64,000 nucleotides of DNA, taken from Oscillospiraceae bacterium (GTDB lineage: Bacteria; Bacillota; Clostridia; Oscillospirales; CAG-272). The notes under the pieces were generated by a model. It did not search any database. It saw only the letters and a program-made list of their open reading frames with translations, and was not told the origin of the DNA. Location: positions 4 to 64,003 of the forward strand of contig SVQM01000001.1 in NCBI GenBank assembly GCA_015065335.1, in the 5' to 3' direction. Positions 48,254-56,984 of this stretch are shown piece by piece. The translations under genes were made by a program, and so were the position numbers. Within the stretch, counting starts at the first letter, position 1; every line of letters begins with the position of its first letter.

Positions 48254-48270
48254 GTCGCCCCGACGGCGAC
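48254..48270 (+). promoter_or_regulatory. 17-nt palindrome GTCGCC-CCGAC-GGCGAC
   Basis: Perfect 6-bp arms, followed by CATAAA. Ends 50 nt before the ATG at 48321. TATGTT/TACAAT hexamers start 17 nt downstream. Confidence 0.5.
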
Positions 48271-48320
48271 CATAAAAGCGAGCAGTTATGTTACAATAAG
48301 CTCGTAAAGGAGGATGGCAT

Positions 48321-49949
48321 ATGAGACCTCAGACCGTATTGAAAATTGATCCTGTAGGAAAGAGTGCTGATGAGATATACGCTGTGAGAGATCAGTGGAT
48401 ATCGGCGTATGAAAAGTACATAGAGGAAAATCCCGATAAAGAGGATCTTGGAGAATTGCTCATCCGTCGTGTTACCCGCGCAGCAGATATGCTTGTGGAA
48501 CGTTATGTGGAAGTACCGCTTGATGAGCAAAACAAAAAGGATCCCGACAGCGACTTTGACTTTGATAATTACAACCCCGAATACAAAGATGCAAACGCAT
48601 CCCTTGACGGAGATTTCCCCCTCGGTGATGCCTATGATGCGGATTTTATAACCCCTTATTTTACTATCGAAAATCTTGTCCGGATCCAGTTTGGAGAAAC
48701 TCATTCCGTTCCCACGGGCCACTTTGTTGAGCCTGCATACGATGTACTCATAAGAAAAGGCTTTATTTACGAGCTTATGGGAGACCTTGCACAGGCAGAG
48801 GCATGCTACCGCGGAGGCGGTATGTCGGAGAGTGTTCGTAGACGTGAGTTTGAATGTCGCCGTAAAAAGGACGTCGAAGGAGAGATGGCATACGCCACGG
48901 CACAGCATCATATGGAAAGCGGCGAATGGAGCAAGGTGTACGATCATCTTCAGAAAGCCGTTGATATGGAAAATATCGATGCAATGGTGGATATGGGCCT
49001 TAGTCTCATCTATGGAACCTTTGGTATTCCCACAAGCTATGATGAAGGTCTGGAACTTCTTCGCAAAGCGGCAATGTACGGTAATATGAGAGCATGTGTG
49101 GAGATCGTGGAGCTGTACGATAGCGGGTCTTCAGCTATAGACGGTGAAGAAGCTGAAAAGTATTGCAAAAAGGCAGCAGAAGCCGGTGACAAGAGTGCTG
49201 CTGTTCGCCTGGAGGACGGCTTTGATACCCGTCCCCTTATAGAAATTCTTGAAGAACAGGCACAGAAAGGCAGTGTTGATGCACTGTGGTATTTGTCACG
49301 TGAATACAGCCGTATAGGTGATGATGAGAAATCTGTCGAGTATTTGATCCGTGCGACAGATGCAGACCAGATCGATGCACTTCTTTATATGGCTGATATG
49401 CATCTGGACAGTGATGCATATCAGGCAGAAGAATATTTCCGCCGTGCCGCAGAAAAGGGAAGCGAAAAAGCAATAATCGCTCTCGGTACCCTTGCACTAA
49501 AGGATACAGAGATACCCTTTTGGATTCAGGCAACAGGTTCACAGGAGACTTCTGATGTAATCCGTGAACAGCATAAAACGCAGTTTGCGTGGTATCTGCT
49601 TGCGGCAGAGGGTGGTCTGACGGAGGCAATGACAAAAGTTTCCGTCGCTTACCATTACGGTTATCCCTGCGATAAGAATGACGATGCGGCGTTTTTGTGG
49701 GCATCACGTGCAGCAGATAACGGAGATGCAACTGCGATGTATCAGATCGGCTATTTTTATGAGAATGCCTGCGGATGTGATAAGGATATGAATGCTGCTG
49801 CTTTGTTCTATACACAGGCGGCAGAAGCAGGAATATTTGAAGCGATGATGCGCCTTGTCGAGATCTACGGATGTGGCAAGGACGGTATAGAGAAAGACGC
49901 GGCAAAGGCAAACCGCTACCGCTTTATGTCGGGAATCGGCCGGGACTGA
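48321..49949 (+). CDS. Shared N-module (about 190 aa) fused to Sel1 repeats
   Basis: N-module motifs DQWISAY, SLDGDFPLG and IRKGFIYEL are paralogous to 50735. The C-terminal half has classical Sel1 repeats (e.g. AMYQIGYFYENACGCDKDMNAAALFYTQAAEAG). Confidence 0.75.
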   Translation: MRPQTVLKIDPVGKSADEIYAVRDQWISAYEKYIEENPDKEDLGELLIRRVTRAADMLVERYVEVPLDEQNKKDPDSDFDFDNYNPEYKDANASLDGDFPLGDAYDADFITPYFTIENLVRIQFGETHSVPTGHFVEPAYDVLIRKGFIYELMGDLAQAEACYRGGGMSESVRRREFECRRKKDVEGEMAYATAQHHMESGEWSKVYDHLQKAVDMENIDAMVDMGLSLIYGTFGIPTSYDEGLELLRKAAMYGNMRACVEIVELYDSGSSAIDGEEAEKYCKKAAEAGDKSAAVRLEDGFDTRPLIEILEEQAQKGSVDALWYLSREYSRIGDDEKSVEYLIRATDADQIDALLYMADMHLDSDAYQAEEYFRRAAEKGSEKAIIALGTLALKDTEIPFWIQATGSQETSDVIREQHKTQFAWYLLAAEGGLTEAMTKVSVAYHYGYPCDKNDDAAFLWASRAADNGDATAMYQIGYFYENACGCDKDMNAAALFYTQAAEAGIFEAMMRLVEIYGCGKDGIEKDAAKANRYRFMSGIGRD

Positions 49950-49977
49950 AAAATAAAACAAATAGCAGGGAGACGTT

Positions 49978-50709
49978 ATGATGAGATATCTGACATCCGA
50001 TGAGGTTCGTGAACTTGATAAATTTTTAATTGATGGTAACGATGAGGCAGTCGGCATTGAAATACACATCGGTAAGGAGTGGCGTACAGGTTATTCCGAG
50101 CCGGATACAATTCAGAAATTTACTCTGAGTGAGCTTGAAGGCAAAGAGCCGATTGAAATCGGACGAGTGAAAGTATGTGCTTTGGCAGGCGATCAGCTGT
50201 ATTGCATAGAAAAGGGTAAATATTCCGACGAGGTTCATTCCACGGGAACGGAATATGCTTACCGTGGTGTTTCTCCTGACACGGGTGACTATATGTATGT
50301 GAGAGTAATGGTTACATATTGTTGTCCCATTGTAACTTTACCGGTTGAGGAGATATTGTCCCTTGATACTTTCATCGTAAAGGGCAACAATCGTGTAGTC
50401 GGTGTGAGATTTGAGCCGGGTTCTTCGGGCGTTGGCGGATCGAATTCTTCGGGATTTTCTGCATACGGGGGAAAAGAGTACGAGTATACAGTTGAGGAAC
50501 TTGGAACAAAGAAACCTTTCCGTGTAGAGGAAGACGTGCTGTGTGCCCTGGTGAATGACGTGCTGTATTTAAGATACAGAAATCGTGACGGAGATATGCG
50601 TGTGTATACACTTGATTACAGAAAAAGATCACTTGTCACGAGCGGTGATGGGATTGCTTACGATACTGTTTCAGCAACACGAATTACGCTTATATTGAAG
50701 GATCGGTAA
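49978..50709 (+). CDS. Hypothetical protein made of two tandem copies of an unknown domain
   Basis: ELDKFLIDGNDEAVGIEIHIG...FTLSELEGKEPIEIGRVKVCALAGDQLY versus SLDTFIVKGNNRVVGVRFEPG...YTVEELGTKKPFRVEEDVLCALVNDVLY. Confidence 0.65.
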   Translation: MMRYLTSDEVRELDKFLIDGNDEAVGIEIHIGKEWRTGYSEPDTIQKFTLSELEGKEPIEIGRVKVCALAGDQLYCIEKGKYSDEVHSTGTEYAYRGVSPDTGDYMYVRVMVTYCCPIVTLPVEEILSLDTFIVKGNNRVVGVRFEPGSSGVGGSNSSGFSAYGGKEYEYTVEELGTKKPFRVEEDVLCALVNDVLYLRYRNRDGDMRVYTLDYRKRSLVTSGDGIAYDTVSATRITLILKDR

Positions 50710-50734
50710 TACCCTGAATTAAGGAGGACGCTGT

Positions 50735-51760
50735 ATGAAACCCGAAATTGCACTTGCGGGAAGATTTCCTTATGAGTATAAAGAAATTGAAGTATTGTAT
50801 GATCAGTGGCTTGAAGCGTATGGATCTATCTCAAATGAGTATCCGTCCGTGAAGGAGTTTGCGGAGAAACTGACCGAACGTATAAAGTTTGCATATAAGC
50901 TATTCCTGGAGAGGGACTGTCCAAACTCACGGAAGGTAAGCAATTTTTGCGGAGACGATTCCTATATGGAGGAACTCAGTCGCGTGAGAAAAGAAGAGGA
51001 CGATTCCTTTGATGGCGATTTTCCTCTCGGTAATGAGAAGGATATGTCGTTTGCAAAACGCTTTTTTTCCGTACGTGAACTTGCCTTGATCCAACTTGGT
51101 TTGGCACATACTATTGATCTTGAAAAAGCAGCGAGGAATGTTCCTGCAGATCACATTCGCAAAGGATTTCTTATCGAACTTCAAGGACTTTGGCATGAAG
51201 CTGCGAGAGCGTACAAAAAAGGACGACAGTTCCGTTCAGGCGAGGTGTATGACAGAGAGCAGGAATGCTTCGCAAAGGCAAAAGCGGAACGAGGAAGATG
51301 CCCGAAGTGCGGTAGTACCGATACATTGAATACGGGCAGCGGAGAAGTGAATCCCGAGACGGGAGATATTTCACTTGATACCTGCACTGAAACATGGCAG
51401 TGCAATTCCTGCGGTGAGACGTTCACAACGGAGGCAGATGTTTACTACAATCTTGTAATAAACTGGCGATACAAATACGATAAAGAAGGTCGTACAAACA
51501 ATGAGGATGGTGAGGATTTTTACAATCTTGAGGAAGGTGCGACCTATTCTCTGCCGTATATGAGTGATCGTAAACTTGAGATTCGCTGGGTTAAAGTAGA
51601 TGGCGACACCATTACTGCAGAAGTATGTGCGGGATATGATACGGTTATCGTGTCAAATAAAGGAGAAGATGTTTCCGCATATGCATCAAGCGAATATTCT
51701 GTGTGCGGTGACTGTGTGCATGAGAGTATATCAATGGCACTTACGATAAAAAAGGACTGA
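50735..51760 (+). CDS. Shared N-module, then zinc ribbon, then C-terminal small domain
   Basis: DQWLEAY, SFDGDFPLG and IRKGFLIEL (as in 48321). Ribbon CPKCGS...CNSCGE. The C-terminus WRYKYDKEG...EEGATYSLPYM...LEIRWVKVDGD is paralogous to the 56254 C-terminus. Confidence 0.75.
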   Translation: MKPEIALAGRFPYEYKEIEVLYDQWLEAYGSISNEYPSVKEFAEKLTERIKFAYKLFLERDCPNSRKVSNFCGDDSYMEELSRVRKEEDDSFDGDFPLGNEKDMSFAKRFFSVRELALIQLGLAHTIDLEKAARNVPADHIRKGFLIELQGLWHEAARAYKKGRQFRSGEVYDREQECFAKAKAERGRCPKCGSTDTLNTGSGEVNPETGDISLDTCTETWQCNSCGETFTTEADVYYNLVINWRYKYDKEGRTNNEDGEDFYNLEEGATYSLPYMSDRKLEIRWVKVDGDTITAEVCAGYDTVIVSNKGEDVSAYASSEYSVCGDCVHESISMALTIKKD

Positions 51761-51773
51761 AGGGGATAGATGT

Positions 51774-52409
51774 ATGGATATTATTTGGGCAGTAAGAGAG
51801 CTTTGCCGTGGAGACGGTGGCTTTGAGAATATGTTTGACAGAGAAAAAAGTAGTGGAAAGCTTGCCGGACTTACAGGAGACAGCCGTGATGCAGAGCTTT
51901 TTGAAACACTTATCTATGGTGAGGCAAGAAGCACGCTTATCGATATGATCTGCGACGCATATAACTACAATACCTTTGAAAACACTATACATGCAAAGCT
52001 TATGTCTGACGGACTTGACTTTACCGATGCAAAGAGAGCACTTGAGATATTCTATACTGCATTCGGTTTCCCGGAATACAGAGATACGGACAAGTCACGT
52101 ATAGCTATTCTTCTTGACGGAGATGAAAAATTCAGCACAGAGTATGTCGGTGAGGCAATTGACGGCAAAGAACACGGCGTCGGTGTAAGAACCTGCTATT
52201 ACAACGGCAAGTGGTGCAGCCACGATGAGTGTGTCTGGATCAATGGTGAGATGACAGGCTTTGACAATGCCAAAGAGATGGAATTTGAAGTATTTGAGGA
52301 TCGTAAGATGGGATTTGTTGTCAATAACAATTTCGTCGGAAGATTCAAGTGTATATTTAGTGACGGCACAGAGAGCTACGAGCCCGGAGTGAAACTTAAT
52401 ATACGATAA
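51774..52409 (+). CDS. Hypothetical protein with a MORN-like C-terminal half
   Basis: YVGEAIDGKEHGVGVRTCYYNGKW...WINGEMTG. Confidence 0.55.
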   Translation: MDIIWAVRELCRGDGGFENMFDREKSSGKLAGLTGDSRDAELFETLIYGEARSTLIDMICDAYNYNTFENTIHAKLMSDGLDFTDAKRALEIFYTAFGFPEYRDTDKSRIAILLDGDEKFSTEYVGEAIDGKEHGVGVRTCYYNGKWCSHDECVWINGEMTGFDNAKEMEFEVFEDRKMGFVVNNNFVGRFKCIFSDGTESYEPGVKLNIR

Positions 52410-52429
52410 TATAGGTGGAGGATATAAGT

Positions 52430-52609
52430 ATGGAGAAAAACGAGAAGATCGTATGTCCCAAATGCGGCAGCGAAAACGTAAAATGTATGGATGGTGCAGG
52501 AGCTGTTTCAAAATACGGCAAGGACGTAATGATCGATATTGCACCTGATATGTGGATTTGCGAAGATTGCAAGGAGAGCTTTCGTATAACAGAGGGGGAA
52601 TCCTTATGA
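52430..52609 (+). CDS. Small zinc-ribbon protein
   Basis: CPKCGS...CEDC. Start set at MEKNEK (GGTGGAGG RBS). ATGA overlap with the next gene. Confidence 0.6.
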   Translation: MEKNEKIVCPKCGSENVKCMDGAGAVSKYGKDVMIDIAPDMWICEDCKESFRITEGESL

Positions 52610-52890
52610 AGCTGAAGATCGAAGATTACTTCTGGGCGGTAGGCAAAAGAACAAAAAAAGTGAAAACGGTGCGTGTTCCTCTCAAAGTCGGTGAGATCAA
52701 GGCACTTGACAACACATGTACCTGGCAGATCCACGAGGTAGGTGAGGATGAAGTTAAAATCTGTGTTATCCGTCACGACGGTGAAACTATCAAAACCTTC
52801 ACTGTTACAAAAGACAAAGATGAATATTGGCGTCCCCGTTCAATGGACGGTGGACATGAGTATACACTGAAGCTGGTTCGCTTCTTTTAG
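52606..52890 (+). CDS. Small-domain protein, copy 3
   Basis: 94 aa. MKLKIEDYFWAVGKR...WQIHEVGEDEVKICVIRHD...DGGHEYTL. Translationally coupled to the previous gene (ATGA). Confidence 0.7.
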   Translation: MKLKIEDYFWAVGKRTKKVKTVRVPLKVGEIKALDNTCTWQIHEVGEDEVKICVIRHDGETIKTFTVTKDKDEYWRPRSMDGGHEYTLKLVRFF

Positions 52891-52928
52891 AAAAATAAAA
52901 ATCACCTTTGACAGAAAGAAGGAAAAAT

Positions 52929-53483
52929 ATGAAAAACGCAATTGGAATCAAAGTAGTAAAGTCACCCGAGAGATATGATCTCGGTGCAAGTAAATTTTTC
53001 GGAGATCCCACCGTTCCAAGTGAGTGGGAGAATAAGTTTTATAATACGGAAATGTTCTTCTGTCAGATACGTCTGTCTGATATTGCAGAACTTGACACTG
53101 AAAACATACTTCCTCATACGGGTTATCTCTATGTATTCCTTGATACGGAAAGTTATCCTTATGAGGCACGTGTGCTTTACTATGACGGTGAGCCGGATAT
53201 GGTTCTTGATGACTTTAATGCCGATGTTACCGATGCGGAGCATCTTACTAAAGGATGGCTTATGAATTTTGAGGCGGCAGAGGCGGATGCAGAGGGAATC
53301 AAACTGTTCGGTATGCCTGCAGACTGGCCTTATGGTGATGAACCTCCGAAGCTCCTTATGCAGTATGATCCGCTGGCATCAGGTATGGGGTTCCGTGACA
53401 GTATTGACGGATTTGCCTATCTTGCATTTGCCGAGGGTTCTGACAGCCTGGAGGATATTACATACTTCGAAGAACGAAGCTGA
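52929..53483 (+). CDS. DUF1963 (YwqG-like) domain protein
   Basis: SKFFGDPTVP...MFFCQIRLSDI...LPHTGYLYVFLD...KLFGMP...LLMQYDP pattern. Confidence 0.65.
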   Translation: MKNAIGIKVVKSPERYDLGASKFFGDPTVPSEWENKFYNTEMFFCQIRLSDIAELDTENILPHTGYLYVFLDTESYPYEARVLYYDGEPDMVLDDFNADVTDAEHLTKGWLMNFEAAEADAEGIKLFGMPADWPYGDEPPKLLMQYDPLASGMGFRDSIDGFAYLAFAEGSDSLEDITYFEERS

Positions 53484-53519
53484 TCTGAAAAAACAAACAG
53501 AAATAAAGAGGTAACGAAA

Positions 53520-54413
53520 ATGAATGACAAGAAATTTGTTAAGGTTATAGGTAAACAGGTAGATAAGGACGGATGCGTAGTAGCAGAGGCGACTGCCGTT
53601 GTGCCCTACAAAAAAGAAGGACGCGTAAGTCTTCCCGCCGTTCCTCCCTTTAATACAAACGTATGGCTGGACGGTGACACCGGATACAATATGGCATCTC
53701 TTGGATTTACCGAAAACGATAAGGTTGAATATTTTTGGGGTGATTATTACGATTTTGTCGACGGTAAGGCACATGCAGAGAAAGAGATTAAGGACTATAA
53801 TATGATCTTTGACTTTGAGCTTATCGACCTTGCTAAAAATGCAGATTACGCTATTGCAATGAAGGTAAGAAAGGTCGAGCCCGGTGAGAAGATCGACGAG
53901 AGCTGCAGTAAGTTCTTTGGCAGACCTTGCCTGCCTGAGTCCATGAAAGAGCCGTATCCCGATGACGGTGTATTCTTCGCACAGATCAGATGCGAGGATA
54001 TAAAAGATCTTGATCCCGAGTACAGACTCCCTCACCAGGGCTATCTCTATTTCTTTCTTGATGCCGAGATGTACCCCTCCAATGACCTTTATATGATGGT
54101 GGATCACACCACGGATGAACTGAAGTACGTTATCGACGATTATAACGAGAATTGTAATATCAAAGGTCTGACCGACACCTACGTTATCACCTTTGAAAAG
54201 GTTGATGCGGGATACGAGGGAACCAAACTCCTCGGTTATCCCTCAAACGATGTGGATGACAGTGATGACAGAGCAGGTCTGCTCCTTCAGTACGATCCCC
54301 TGGACTTTGACGTTCCGTTCCTTTCGACTCTTGACGGATATGCATTTGTTTTCTTCGGTGATAATGATGAGGATAAGTTTAGCGGCGTAGATTACGTAGC
54401 TTGGGGTTCATAA
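53520..54413 (+). CDS. DUF1963 (YwqG-like) domain protein with an extra roughly 120-aa N-terminal domain
   Basis: SKFFGRPCLP...VFFAQIRCEDI...LPHQGYLYFFLD...KLLGYP...LLLQYDP, paralogous to 52929. Confidence 0.65.
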   Translation: MNDKKFVKVIGKQVDKDGCVVAEATAVVPYKKEGRVSLPAVPPFNTNVWLDGDTGYNMASLGFTENDKVEYFWGDYYDFVDGKAHAEKEIKDYNMIFDFELIDLAKNADYAIAMKVRKVEPGEKIDESCSKFFGRPCLPESMKEPYPDDGVFFAQIRCEDIKDLDPEYRLPHQGYLYFFLDAEMYPSNDLYMMVDHTTDELKYVIDDYNENCNIKGLTDTYVITFEKVDAGYEGTKLLGYPSNDVDDSDDRAGLLLQYDPLDFDVPFLSTLDGYAFVFFGDNDEDKFSGVDYVAWGS

Positions 54414-54438
54414 TCACAGGCAGAAAGAAAGTTGAATT

Positions 54439-54876
54439 ATGAAGAACGTAAATGATTTTGTAATTGAAGACGGCGTTTTAGAAAAATACCTTGGAGGCGG
54501 CGGAGATGTCGTTATCCCCGACGGGGTGTACGAAATCGGCAGGTCTGTGTTTTATGGTTGCAAGGAACTGACAAGCATCACCATCCCCGATAGTGTTATG
54601 AGAATCAGAGGGTCTGCTTTCCAAGATTGTGAGGGACTTACCGAAATCACTATTCCCGCACGTGTTGAAAACGTTGAAGACTGGGCGTTTCAGGGCTGTA
54701 CGGGCTTGAACGATGTTACCGTTCTCGGCACCAATACGATGATCAGCAAATGGGCATTTTATGAATGTTCACCGGATCTCTGGTTCGATGTGCCGGAAAA
54801 CAGCAGAGCGAGGAAGTTTGCTGACCGCTATGAGGATGACAGGCTTTGGTCGGATGATGATTATAATCCGCATTGA
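54439..54876 (+). CDS. BspA-type leucine-rich-repeat protein
   Basis: Repeats IPDGVYEIGRSVFYGCKELTSITIPDSVMRIRGSAFQDCEGLTEITIPARVENVEDWAFQGCTGL. Confidence 0.7.
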   Translation: MKNVNDFVIEDGVLEKYLGGGGDVVIPDGVYEIGRSVFYGCKELTSITIPDSVMRIRGSAFQDCEGLTEITIPARVENVEDWAFQGCTGLNDVTVLGTNTMISKWAFYECSPDLWFDVPENSRARKFADRYEDDRLWSDDDYNPH

Positions 54877-54896
54877 GAAAGGGCAGTGGATAAAGA

Positions 54897-55787
54897 ATGG
54901 CTATTCATACCTGTCGGCATTGCGGTGCAATTCTTCCGTATGACGACTCCCGTATCTGTCCCAATTGTGCGCGAAAAAGGGAAGCTGAAAAGAGACAGGG
55001 CCCCGACAGTACGGTCAACACTGCAGGCGCAGGTTGCCTTGCAGCACTTGCCGGACCTCTCTTAAAATTTCTGAAAATCTTTGGCGTATTTCTTGTATTC
55101 TGCGCTGTCATATGGGTGATACTCTTCTTTGTTTTCGATACGTATAAAATCGATTATACAGTTGTCGGTGAGTCTACCCGCACAGCGGAAGAGTTTGAAT
55201 CCTTTCTCCTGGATTTTGACAGCAATAGAGACGTTTGGGAAATTCAGTATGAGAAAAAAGGCTCCGGAATTTTCGGACGGTTGTCATCAGGTAGTAATGG
55301 CTCCTATACCATGCGTTACAATAAGGGTGAAACAGCCTCACATACCACCTTCATTTTTGATGGTGAGAATCTCGGCACGGAATTACCTGACGGTACATAC
55401 ATTCTGACAAAGATCGACGGTGCGGACGTGCTGATTGACGAAAATAGCAAGCTCATTTATAAAGCGGACAGTGAGTTTTACACGACCAACGCACCGAAGC
55501 TGCAGGCAATCACCCACGATGCTCTGCTTAGTGAAATTCTGGAGAAGACCGATGGCGGTGAACACGGACTAGTCGAAACCGATCCGCCGATGGAAGCTAT
55601 CTTTACAGAGAAGGCAGCTATAACTGCAAGGCTCGTGCGCAATGATCCGGATGCGCTGATGGATCACGGATTTGAAGCAAGATGTAATATCGGAGATAGT
55701 AATGAGTGGGATGTATACAAGTTTACGTACTACTATCAGAACTCCGTCCGAGATCTGAAAATTGACGGCTATACTTATGCCAAGTAG
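54897..55787 (+). CDS. Zinc-ribbon, single-TM protein with an unknown C-terminal domain
   Basis: CRHCG...CPNC, then TM LKIFGVFLVFCAVIWVILFFVF. The only membrane protein in the array. Confidence 0.6.
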   Translation: MAIHTCRHCGAILPYDDSRICPNCARKREAEKRQGPDSTVNTAGAGCLAALAGPLLKFLKIFGVFLVFCAVIWVILFFVFDTYKIDYTVVGESTRTAEEFESFLLDFDSNRDVWEIQYEKKGSGIFGRLSSGSNGSYTMRYNKGETASHTTFIFDGENLGTELPDGTYILTKIDGADVLIDENSKLIYKADSEFYTTNAPKLQAITHDALLSEILEKTDGGEHGLVETDPPMEAIFTEKAAITARLVRNDPDALMDHGFEARCNIGDSNEWDVYKFTYYYQNSVRDLKIDGYTYAK

Positions 55788-55796
55788 GAGGTACCT

Positions 55797-56216
55797 ATGA
55801 CAGATAACAAACTTAAGCTTTTAAAGCGTTATCAATATGACAGAAGAAAAGAAGATGACGTTAACGAAGAGAGACGCACCTGGACCACTTTAGTAACGGT
55901 ATCAGCACTTTATGTGTATGACTATAACGGAAATTCATATGTCGTAACGGTGCACTGGTATAATAAATACTACAGCGACATGAACGAATATTACAGGTCA
56001 CTTGATCTGACAGTATATCCCATAGGTGACGACGATGCGGACAGCGAGGAAAAAGCGCGCAGAGTTGCAGAGGGTACAGCCGGTTTTAAGATGAATCTTG
56101 GGAACAAATCGTTTTTAGATTCATCTCTGGACACTAGTAGTGAGGAAGATTTTACGGACAGTATTCACAGCTATGTGACCCGTGCAATTGAAGAATATCT
56201 TGCAGACAAAAAGTAA
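55797..56216 (+). CDS. Hypothetical protein
   Basis: 139-aa ORF starting 9 nt after the previous stop, with GGAGG RBS. Confidence 0.55.
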   Translation: MTDNKLKLLKRYQYDRRKEDDVNEERRTWTTLVTVSALYVYDYNGNSYVVTVHWYNKYYSDMNEYYRSLDLTVYPIGDDDADSEEKARRVAEGTAGFKMNLGNKSFLDSSLDTSSEEDFTDSIHSYVTRAIEEYLADKK

Positions 56217-56253
56217 GCGACTATGGCGGAAGAGGTTTGAGGAGGTATAAGTT

Positions 56254-56907
56254 ATGAACACAAAACCTATCATTCACGTTCACTATATGAACGACGACTA
56301 TAAAGGGCGGGAAGGGGCACCTTGCTTTGATAAGTATCTGCAGGTGACTCCGGGGAGGATCTTCGAATCATACGGCGGATTCGATCCGTTTGATGTGCTT
56401 TCTGTTTCTAAAAACAAAATGGTTATGCGACTGGACAACGCAACCCAGACGCTATGCCCCGGTGAAACTATTACTATGCACTATGAGCTTCCCGGTCTGA
56501 TCGCTGACGGCAGCGGATTTGAATATTTCACAGCAACCGTCCGTTGGCTGACGGAAGAGGAAGCGGAACAGGTTACCGCCGAGCCTATGAATGACCGTTA
56601 CTTGGCTATGAAATGGGACTATAAGTACGACAAGGAAAGCACTTGGTTTGACGAGGACAGCGGCGAAGAACAGTATGAACTAAAAGAAGGTGCATCCTAT
56701 ACACTGCCCCACATAAAAGAGGAAAGCCTTGAGATTCGTTCGGTTAAGACTGAAGGTGACCTCGTCCAAGCCGAGATATACGTGGATCACAACACGTATA
56801 CCGTGTGCGAAAACGGAGAGCCTGTAGTCGGCTATGCATACGACGATTATATGGTTGCAGGTGATTTTGTTTCGCAATCGCTTTATATGAAATTTACAAT
56901 CCAATAA
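56254..56907 (+). CDS. Protein made of two small domains (N-half resembles the MKLRIE/DGGYKY family; C-half is paralogous to the 50735 C-terminus)
   Basis: N-half FDVLSVSKNKMVMRLDN...DGSGFEYFTATV versus FHIEAVSENRITVTVVYDNN...DGGYKYTLY. C-half WDYKYDKES...KEGASYTLPHI...LEIRSVKTEGD. Confidence 0.7.
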   Translation: MNTKPIIHVHYMNDDYKGREGAPCFDKYLQVTPGRIFESYGGFDPFDVLSVSKNKMVMRLDNATQTLCPGETITMHYELPGLIADGSGFEYFTATVRWLTEEEAEQVTAEPMNDRYLAMKWDYKYDKESTWFDEDSGEEQYELKEGASYTLPHIKEESLEIRSVKTEGDLVQAEIYVDHNTYTVCENGEPVVGYAYDDYMVAGDFVSQSLYMKFTIQ

Positions 56908-56964
56908 AAAAAGCTTCTTGCAGTAGAATAGAATTACTATTACAGATTTTATCTTTGACCTCTG

Positions 56965-56984
56965 CAGATTCGTAATCTGTTTTT
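56965..56984 (+). terminator. Intrinsic terminator ending the array
   Basis: CAGATT-cgt-AATCTG followed by TTTTT. Confidence 0.5.
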
